Below are positions 58,579 through 64,000 of a stretch of DNA of 64,000 nucleotides, piece by piece. The translations under genes and the position numbers were made by a program. This stretch comes from Minisyncoccota bacterium. GTDB taxonomy: Bacteria > Patescibacteriota > Minisyncoccia > Phycocordibacterales > DAORIS01. Below the pieces are notes generated by a model. That model ran no database searches. It was not told the DNA's origin and saw only the letters and a list, made by a program, of their open reading frames with translations. Position 1 is the first letter of the stretch, and every line of letters starts with the position of its first letter. Where the stretch lies: positions 56,104 to 120,103 of the forward strand of contig DAORIS010000001.1 in assembly GCA_035438625.1 (NCBI GenBank). Reading direction: 5' to 3'.

Positions 58579-59019
58579 CTACTTCAACATCTGAGTGATG
58601 CCGTGAAGTTCTTTATCAATTCGATTGACAATCTCCTCAACAGTGATCACTGAGCGAGCGTGCCCACTCTGATCGAGGTTGTTAAGTTCGGTGTCATCAA
58701 AAATCGTGACATGAAACTCATTTTCAACCCTTTGGTTGAGCAGCCTGTAAAAGAACCGGTCGACGATGCCAATTGGATCGTCTTGCAAAGCCGTTTCAGT
58801 GGGCACCTGTTCTGGTCGACCTTCAAATAAGGTCGATTCAGCAACAATCACCTTCACCGATCTTCGAATTGCTTCTTTCGTATGCCATGGTTTCAGCATG
58901 ATTCCTCCATGTGGTTTGAAATTACTAAAATGTACTGTGCTACAGAGTAACACTGATTCAAGGAACATTATACCATAATTTATTGCAGAAATCAACGATT
59001 TTATATTTTTCCACACCAC
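58579..59019 (-). CDS. Hypothetical protein (probably starts at an internal Met)
   Basis: ORF only. Confidence 0.3.
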   Translation of the reverse strand: MVWKNIKSLISAINYGIMFLESVLLCSTVHFSNFKPHGGIMLKPWHTKEAIRRSVKVIVAESTLFEGRPEQVPTETALQDDPIGIVDRFFYRLLNQRVENEFHVTIFDDTELNNLDQSGHARSVITVEEIVNRIDKELHGITQMLK

Positions 59020-59070
59020 GAACCACTCTCAAGGTGACAAGTTACTATATATCATATATGCTATATAGAT

Positions 59071-60582
59071 ATGAATTCATACACAAAAGAGATAGGGGTA
59101 ATGATCGGTCGATTCAGGGAACACGCGGGCCTAACACAGGGTAAATTGGCAGAAATGGTAGGCACAACACAAAGCGCTATTGCTCGTATTGAAAAGGGTG
59201 ACCAGAACCTTTCTGCTGAGATGATCATGAAAATCAGCGATGCACTCGAACAAGACCTTATTCGAGTTTCTGATGGATCTCTCAATATTAAAGTTGAAGG
59301 TGGACGAAAGCTCTCAGGAGCAATTGATACAAAGACTTCAAAAAACGGTGCCATGGGACTCCTTGCCGCTTCCCTCCTTAACCACGGAAAAACAACACTC
59401 AAAAACGTACCAAAGATTGAAGAAGTAAAGAGAATGATTGAAGTATTCGCTTCAATGGGTATCAGTATTGAATGGAAAGGACCGGATCTCGAAATCCAAG
59501 TACCAAAGAAAATAGATTTTAAAAATATTGATGTTGCAGCGGCTGAGCGCACTCGAAGCATCATCATGCTTATTGGCCCCCTCATTCACCACGCAAAGAA
59601 ATTCAGTCTTCCACAAGCTGGTGGTTGCAAACTTGGATCACGAACCGTTCGACCACACCTCTTTGCACTTGAGAAATTTGGAGTACATGTTGAATCAAAA
59701 GAGCGCTCATACGATATTTCAGCACCAAAACTTCAACCTGCTGAAATTGTTCTCTATGAATCAGGTGACACAGTAACTGAAAACGCAATCATTGCAGCTG
59801 CAGGAATTCCAGGAAAAACTATCATCAAATATGCCTCAGCGAACTACATGGGACAAGAGGTATGTTTCTTCCTCGAAAAACTCGGTGTAAAAATTGATGG
59901 AATCGGGACAACAACAATCACCGTCCACGGCGTTAAAGATATTGACATGGACGTAACATACTATCTTTCCGAAGATCCGATTGAGTCAATGTTTTTCCTT
60001 GCTGCAGCAATTGTCACCAAGTCTTCCCTCCTCATCCGTCGCTGCCCAATTGAATTCCTCGAAGTAGAATTGATCAAATTAGAGAAGATGGGTTTTAAAT
60101 ATGAAATTGTAAAAGAATATCAATCACACAACGGCCGAACAAAACTTGTTGATATTCAGACTCACCCATCAAAACTCGTTGCCCTTGAAGAAAAGATCGA
60201 GTGCCGACCTTACCCAGGACTTAACATCGACAACTTACCTTTCTTTGCAATCATTGCTACTCAAGCCGAAGGAATGACGTTGATTCACGACTGGGTATAT
60301 GAGAAGCGTGCAATTCACACAAAAGATATTGATAAGCTTGGTGCTGAGACCGTCTTGATTGACCCACATCGATTACAAATCATTGGACCGACACCACTTA
60401 AGGCAGCTGAGGTTATCTGCCCTCCAGCACTCCGCCCAGCAGCAATTCTCCTGATTGGAATGCTTGCAGCAAATGGAACATCAGTACTACGCAATATATA
60501 CAGTATTAACCGAGGATATGAGGACCTTGTTTCACGATTGAACTCAATTGGTGCAAACGTGAAAATTCTTCGAGAATCATAG
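59071..60582 (+). CDS. murA: Fusion protein: N-terminal XRE-type HTH domain plus UDP-N-acetylglucosamine 1-carboxyvinyltransferase MurA
   Basis: HTH IGRFREHAGLTQGKLAEMVGTTQSAIARIEKGDQNLSAEMIMKISDAL (residues ~10-60). MurA then begins LNIKVEGGRKLSGAIDTKTSKNGAMGLLAASLL...LKNVPKIEEV (compare E. coli [32 protein letters not shown]...IQNVPKLKDV). Catalytic Cys loop PQAGGCKLGSRTVRPH. C-terminal YSINRGYEDLVSRLNSIGANV matches [21 protein letters not shown]. The alternative start at 59101 (MIGRF, SD GAGATAGGGG) still includes the HTH. Confidence 0.75.
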   Translation: MNSYTKEIGVMIGRFREHAGLTQGKLAEMVGTTQSAIARIEKGDQNLSAEMIMKISDALEQDLIRVSDGSLNIKVEGGRKLSGAIDTKTSKNGAMGLLAASLLNHGKTTLKNVPKIEEVKRMIEVFASMGISIEWKGPDLEIQVPKKIDFKNIDVAAAERTRSIIMLIGPLIHHAKKFSLPQAGGCKLGSRTVRPHLFALEKFGVHVESKERSYDISAPKLQPAEIVLYESGDTVTENAIIAAAGIPGKTIIKYASANYMGQEVCFFLEKLGVKIDGIGTTTITVHGVKDIDMDVTYYLSEDPIESMFFLAAAIVTKSSLLIRRCPIEFLEVELIKLEKMGFKYEIVKEYQSHNGRTKLVDIQTHPSKLVALEEKIECRPYPGLNIDNLPFFAIIATQAEGMTLIHDWVYEKRAIHTKDIDKLGAETVLIDPHRLQIIGPTPLKAAEVICPPALRPAAILLIGMLAANGTSVLRNIYSINRGYEDLVSRLNSIGANVKILRES

Positions 60583-60593
60583 ATAATAGGGGC

Positions 60594-62465
60594 GTGTACA
60601 CACTAACCGTATCTCCGCTTGAGATAGGACTCCGAGAACCGCTTACGTACTTTTCATCGAGCGGTTTTTCGCGTGGAGCATTGGTACCCATCAGAATTCG
60701 CAACAAACCTCTCCTTGGTGTTGTAATTGATAGCTCACCTATTCGAAACAGAACTGACATTAAGAACATGCCATTCACCTTAAAAAGACTAGGAAATGGC
60801 GAGGGTGTAATTGGAACACAGAAAGTTGATCCTGCCCTTTTGGAATCTACTTCAATACTTGCTGATGCACACCTTACACTTTCAGGCTCTGTAATTAAGG
60901 CACTCTATCCTGAAATGCCAATTGATCTATTGGAGCAATTGATAACCGCACCAAAACATAAAGCGATTGTAAAGAATCAGCAGGCACGATCTTTTGCATT
61001 ATCAATAGACGGACAGAGAAATAAGATTTTAGAAATAACAAAGGAAGTAACATCCTCAGGAAAAAGTATTGCGATAATTACACCCACACGAGACATAGGT
61101 AAGCACATTGAACAACTCCTTGAAGGCACTGCGCCTACATGTCGACTTGAAGGAACTCTCACAACTGCAAAACAAAAAAAGCTCCGTGAAATTGTCCGCT
61201 CACCAGTTATTCCAATTACAATCACCACCCCACAGTACGCTGCAATCGCTTCAACACGAGCAGACGAGATACTTGCTGTTAATGTTTCTGAGGCAGGTTG
61301 GACGATGGTCAAAGAACCAAGAGTTTCTTTTCTGCAGTGGCTTTCACTGTATACAGAAAAAGCGGGTAAACCAATTACACACCTTGGTAGCACCATTCCT
61401 CTTACAATCGCTACAGGAAGCACGGTAACCATTGACCGAACCCCACTTAAAAAAAGAGTTCGTGGTGTCCTTCAAAAGTTATATGCCGATACAAAGCTAT
61501 CTGAAGAAGTCACGCAAACACTACAGGATGGAAAAAATGTCTTTGTACTTTCATTTAGAAAAGCTCTCTACGGGATTGTTCGCTGTGGGGACTGTGGAGT
61601 TTCTGTTCCCTGCGTGAATTGTGGACTTCCTGTAACCCTTATTCGAAAAGTAGAACCTCGCCCACCTGAAGAATTAGTTGGATTAGCTGGAAGCACCCAA
61701 GCAAAAGATCCGCGCGCATACCATTGCCACCACTGCCAAAGTGAACAACCACTACGAGACCTCTGTGCTAACTGCGGAAGCTGGAGACTGCGCCTCATCA
61801 AGCCAGGCACCGAGTCAGTTTCTGAAGATGTTAAAAAAGCATTTCCTGATGCGAAAGTTATTACGATTGATAAAGATATTGCTTCGACCCCAAAGCGAGC
61901 AGAAGAACTTCTAAAAAAATCCTCGGGTGGAACTATTATTGTCGGAACCATATATGCACTTCCATATCTTAAGAATATTGGGTGCACTGTTATTCCCCAC
62001 CCTGAAAATATGCTTTCAATCCCTCAGTATCACATTCTTGAATCTGCTCGAACACTTATGGAAAAAATTGCCGACATAACTTCCGGCACCATATATATAG
62101 AAGCGCATGAACGTAATGATCAAATCTTGGACCTTCTAATAAAACCAACACTCGAGGAATTTATTGACTCAGAACAAAAACTTCGAGAACAACTTCACTA
62201 TCCCCCATATGGTTCAATCATTACCATCACCACATCTGGAAACCCAACAAAAGTACGTGAGTCACTTGAGACCCTACAACAAGCGTTTATTGCACATGAT
62301 CCAGTTTCATTGCCACTTGTAGTAATGGGTACAAAAGCTAAGGGTGGAGTACGAATTCATATCCAGAAAGGAACATCAGAAAGTGAGTACGGAAGCCTCA
62401 TTTCCTCTATTATTAGCCTCCATCCATCATTTAGACTTACTGTAGACCCATATGGGCTGGAATAG
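60594..62465 (+). CDS. priA: Primosomal protein N' (PriA)-like with degenerate helicase motifs
   Basis: N-terminal 3'-binding-domain-like start YTLTVSPLEIGLREPLTYFSS...GALVPIRIRNKPLLGVVID. Cys-rich insertion VRCGDCGVSVPCVNCGLPVTL...YHCHHCQSEQPLRDLCANCGS...KPGTE (two C4 clusters, as in PriA). REQLHYPPYGS and the ...VDPYGLE end are PriA-like. Walker A position reads VTSSGKS and the DEEH position reads VSEAG. Sits in the conserved priA-def-fmt arrangement. Confidence 0.6.
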   Translation: MYTLTVSPLEIGLREPLTYFSSSGFSRGALVPIRIRNKPLLGVVIDSSPIRNRTDIKNMPFTLKRLGNGEGVIGTQKVDPALLESTSILADAHLTLSGSVIKALYPEMPIDLLEQLITAPKHKAIVKNQQARSFALSIDGQRNKILEITKEVTSSGKSIAIITPTRDIGKHIEQLLEGTAPTCRLEGTLTTAKQKKLREIVRSPVIPITITTPQYAAIASTRADEILAVNVSEAGWTMVKEPRVSFLQWLSLYTEKAGKPITHLGSTIPLTIATGSTVTIDRTPLKKRVRGVLQKLYADTKLSEEVTQTLQDGKNVFVLSFRKALYGIVRCGDCGVSVPCVNCGLPVTLIRKVEPRPPEELVGLAGSTQAKDPRAYHCHHCQSEQPLRDLCANCGSWRLRLIKPGTESVSEDVKKAFPDAKVITIDKDIASTPKRAEELLKKSSGGTIIVGTIYALPYLKNIGCTVIPHPENMLSIPQYHILESARTLMEKIADITSGTIYIEAHERNDQILDLLIKPTLEEFIDSEQKLREQLHYPPYGSIITITTSGNPTKVRESLETLQQAFIAHDPVSLPLVVMGTKAKGGVRIHIQKGTSESEYGSLISSIISLHPSFRLTVDPYGLE

Positions 62466-63045
62466 CTACAACTTGTCTAAAAACCAGTTATCTGATGATA
62501 TATATCCAATGACAACAATTCTCCAAGCCGAACACCCCACACTTCGAAAGATTGCAGATCCAGTTCAACCAAAAGACCTTGGTTCTGCACATCTCACACG
62601 GATTATTAACTCCATGAAAGAGGCACTAGACTCACAGGACGATGGTGTTGCTATTGCCGCACCTCAAATTGGCTCATCTCTTCGAATTTTCATTGTTTCA
62701 AAGAAAGCATTTAGACGTGGACGAAATGCCGACATGCATGCAGAAGACTTGGTGTGTATTAATCCTGAAATTACAAAACTTTCAAAAGAAAAGAAATTAC
62801 TCCCGGAAGGATGCCTCTCCGTTCGATACTTATACGGAAAGATTGAGCGTAGTACCAAAGCCACGCTTCGTGCATACAATGAACGAGGTGAAATATTCAC
62901 TCGCGGTGCATCAGGGCTACTTGCTCAAATTTTCCAACATGAAGTTGACCACCTAGAAGGAAAACTATTTACCGACCGCGCAGTCGACGTTGAAGACCTC
63001 CCTCCTGAACGTATAAAAGATCATAAGGAACCACAAATCGGATGA
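62452..63045 (+). CDS. def: Peptide deformylase
   Basis: Motif 1 GVAIAAPQIGSSLR. Motif 2 EGCLSV. Motif 3 QHEVDHLEG. Confidence 0.9.
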   Translation: MGWNSYNLSKNQLSDDIYPMTTILQAEHPTLRKIADPVQPKDLGSAHLTRIINSMKEALDSQDDGVAIAAPQIGSSLRIFIVSKKAFRRGRNADMHAEDLVCINPEITKLSKEKKLLPEGCLSVRYLYGKIERSTKATLRAYNERGEIFTRGASGLLAQIFQHEVDHLEGKLFTDRAVDVEDLPPERIKDHKEPQIG

Positions 63046-63932
63046 AACTAATTTTTTTCGGTAGTTCATCGTTTTCAATCTCAGTCCTTGAGTCTCTTCA
63101 AAAAAGAGGGATTACTCCTTCAGGAATTGTAACCACCCCTTACGCCCCACAAGGTCGTGGAAGAGAAGTTAAGCCAAATGTGGTGGCATTATACGCACAG
63201 TTCCATAACATCCCTTTTCTCGCCCCACAGTCAATTCGAGGTGAGCATGCAATAGGGACAGAGTCTAGTATTACCGCACTTGGCGGAGAAGTCTTTCTTG
63301 TGGCTTCCTATGGAAAGATAATTCCAAAAAATATCCTCGATCTACCAGATCGAGGAGTATTGAATATCCATCCTTCCCTCCTTCCAAAGTACCGAGGTCC
63401 TTCTCCAATGCAAAGCATGATCCTTGATGAGACACTTCAAAAAGATGGAATTGGAATTTCCATAATGCTTCTTGATGAACAAATGGATCATGGACCAATC
63501 GTGGCACAAAAAGTTGTTCAACCACTTGCATGGCCAATGAAAGAAGAATCTTTAGAATTGTTTATGGCCGACGAAGGAGCAGCGCTATTTTCTGAGTGTA
63601 TTTCTGATTGGATGAATGGAACAAAAGAAGCAATTGAACAGAATCACGATGAGGCAACCTATACTCATAAGTTTTCAAAAGAAGATGCACGAATACAACT
63701 CACTTCCCTAGCCGACACACGAGATGAACACCTCCACGAAGAGGCATTCCGAAAGTTTTGTGCATTTCACCGATCTCCTGGTGTCTGGTTTACCGATTCC
63801 CACGCAGGACGTGAGATTCGGGTAAAGATAACTGATGTAGCAATGGTTGGTACCATGTTCACTCCTTTAAAAGTGGTTCCTGAGGGACGGAAAGAGATGA
63901 ATTATCAAGACTATCTTCGCGGCAAGAAATAG
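63042..63932 (+). CDS. fmt: Methionyl-tRNA formyltransferase
   Basis: MKLIFFGSS...VLNIHPSLLPKYRGPSPMQ plus Fmt C-terminal domain. 4-nt overlap with def. Confidence 0.9.
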   Translation: MKLIFFGSSSFSISVLESLQKRGITPSGIVTTPYAPQGRGREVKPNVVALYAQFHNIPFLAPQSIRGEHAIGTESSITALGGEVFLVASYGKIIPKNILDLPDRGVLNIHPSLLPKYRGPSPMQSMILDETLQKDGIGISIMLLDEQMDHGPIVAQKVVQPLAWPMKEESLELFMADEGAALFSECISDWMNGTKEAIEQNHDEATYTHKFSKEDARIQLTSLADTRDEHLHEEAFRKFCAFHRSPGVWFTDSHAGREIRVKITDVAMVGTMFTPLKVVPEGRKEMNYQDYLRGKK

Positions 63933-64000
63933 CCTAAAAAGTCTTGAAAAACAAGTGTTCTCTGCTATACTGCCATCCAGGCTTTTTAGTTCTTTGCAGA

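Noticed and set aside
59061-59585. 174-aa minus-strand ORF
   Set aside because: Antisense to the HTH-MurA gene N-terminus. The MurA frame carries unmistakable conserved motifs, this one none.
1-64000. CRISPR arrays, transposases/IS elements, integrases, reverse transcriptases (DGR/retron), restriction-modification or toxin-antitoxin pairs
   Set aside because: I scanned both strands and the six-frame track for regularly spaced direct repeats, DDE/serine/tyrosine recombinase motifs, YxDD RT motifs and typical methyltransferase motifs. None found.

Overview
This 64-kb window is a compact, gene-dense stretch of a low-G+C bacterial chromosome, roughly 35-40% G+C by eye. Many genes overlap by 4-8 nt, the ProS is minimal, PriA and delta-prime look degenerate and murA carries a fused domain. 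This resembles small-genome lineages such as Patescibacteria/CPR, but that is an inference, not a demonstration. Most of the window is housekeeping: five aminoacyl-tRNA synthetases (trpS, gltX, cysS, lysS, proS), replication/repair (dnaB, recR, priA-like, delta-prime-like, rmuC, scpAB), translation (rpmA, rplI, rplU, frr, def, fmt, greA), and a fragmented, partly inverted dcw/peptidoglycan set (ddl, dacA-like, mraY, ftsW, murG, murF, ftsI, ftsL, rsmH, mraZ, mrdA, mreBCD, a second mreB, HTH-murA). There is one tRNA-Glu(CUC). Accessory content:
1. A divergent PurD-like ATP-grasp / Cys-rich secreted protein / formyltransferase / polytopic histidine kinase operon at 0.6-5.2 kb.
2. Two visibly G+C-richer islands carrying PVC-superphylum-type genes: a PEP-CTERM protein at ~10.3 kb and a DUF1559 prepilin/H-X9-DG protein at ~19.5 kb. 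The second island sits between mraY and ftsW.
3. A ~330-nt structured intergenic region at 27.5-27.85 kb that contains an exact match to the 16S rRNA 3' terminus.
4. A probable frameshifted small membrane/zinc-finger gene at a G-run at ~29.1 kb.
5. Tandem zinc-ribbon membrane paralogs at ~46.1-46.8 kb.
No CRISPR array, transposase, integrase or reverse transcriptase was recognised.
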